From positions 868,001 to 932,000 of the forward strand of contig OZ251242.1 in assembly GCA_965240325.2 (NCBI GenBank): DNA of 64,000 nt, written 5' to 3'. This stretch comes from Rebecca billardiae RCC1528 (Eukaryota; Protista; Haptophyta). Below the pieces are notes generated by a model that did not search any database, had not been told where the DNA came from, and saw only the letters and a list, made by a program, of their open reading frames with translations. This document shows positions 63,629 through 64,000 of the stretch, piece by piece. A program made the translations under genes and the position numbers. Position 1 is the stretch's first letter. Each line of letters begins with the position of its first letter.

Positions 63629-64000
63629 CTAGCCGTCCGTTTTGGCTCTCCCCTTCGGATCCCTGCCCGGCTTGTCGCTGCCGCACCTCGGACAATATTT
63701 GACATCCCTGCTGAATTTCCCCTGACAACGTGTGCATTTGTGTGCGAATTTGCATTTACTGTATGAGCAGCCTCCCGGTTTGTTGAATAGGCGGCAGATC
63801 GGCCCGCCGTCTCCACCGCCCCCTGACTCGTGCGGGCCGCGGAAATTATGCTTCGTGATGGCCGTAGTCATTGCCTCAGAGTTGAAAGCATACTGCAGTT
63901 CGCCCATTAAGCCGGTCTCCCCCGCGTGCATCCGCACTAATTCGTCGTACGCCACGGCTGTTTGTGGGTTGTGATTCCGAGACATAGACGCCACTCGCTC
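63629..64000 (-). CDS. Gag-like ORF1 of the right copy (5'-partial)
   Basis: Matches 54631-55002. Confidence 0.9.
   Translation of the reverse strand, partial: ERVASMSRNHNPQTAVAYDELVRMHAGETGLMGELQYAFNSEAMTTAITKHNFRGPHESGGGGDGGPICRLFNKPGGCSYSKCKFAHKCTRCQGKFSRDVKYCPRCGSDKPGRDPKGRAKTDG

Larger units (their letters stand above)
53683..64000 (-). mobile_element. Tandem head-to-tail tyrosine-recombinase retrotransposon (DIRS order, Ngaro/PAT-like), unit 8998 bp; left copy 3'-truncated, right copy runs off the window
   Basis: 53683-55002 matches 62681-64000 (no differences seen). gag, RT/RH and YR ORFs, a 1.35-kb direct repeat pair, and lower GC than the host genes. Confidence 0.93.

Overview
Very GC-rich eukaryotic nuclear DNA with GT-AG spliceosomal introns of about 100-190 nt. 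Composition and gene content suggest an alga, possibly a haptophyte (inference only). Left to right: (1) the 3' part of a low-complexity gene and a non-autonomous DNA-transposon-like element (1935-3613). (2) An ~12-kb tandem array (7.06-18.8 kb, minus strand) of intronless genes with a RING-H2-like finger, an F-box and an RCC1 beta-propeller: 4 intact, 1 frameshifted, 1 truncated. The copies are near-identical except at recurring loop positions of the propeller blades, and they are mosaics of one another. This is the most notable system in the window, a candidate diversifying ubiquitin-ligase receptor repertoire. (3) An ordinary gene-dense block: TKL kinase with ARM repeats, atypical SDR, GPN2, a GH-like propeller, two GT25-like proteins, an FN3 protein and two Dispatched/Patched-like RND paralogues that share only 1 of 7 intron positions. 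(4) A non-autonomous Mutator/Foldback-like element with a 9-bp TSD, then a GNAT, a type I membrane protein and a GT32-like/GH130-like fusion. (5) A second copy of the first DNA element, carrying a decayed HTH plus USP-deubiquitinase-like gene. (6) A head-to-tail tandem (period 8998 bp) of a tyrosine-recombinase retrotransposon (Ngaro/PAT/TOC-type split direct repeats; gag-CCCH, RT/RNase H, YR). All calls come from reading motifs by eye; no database searches were run.
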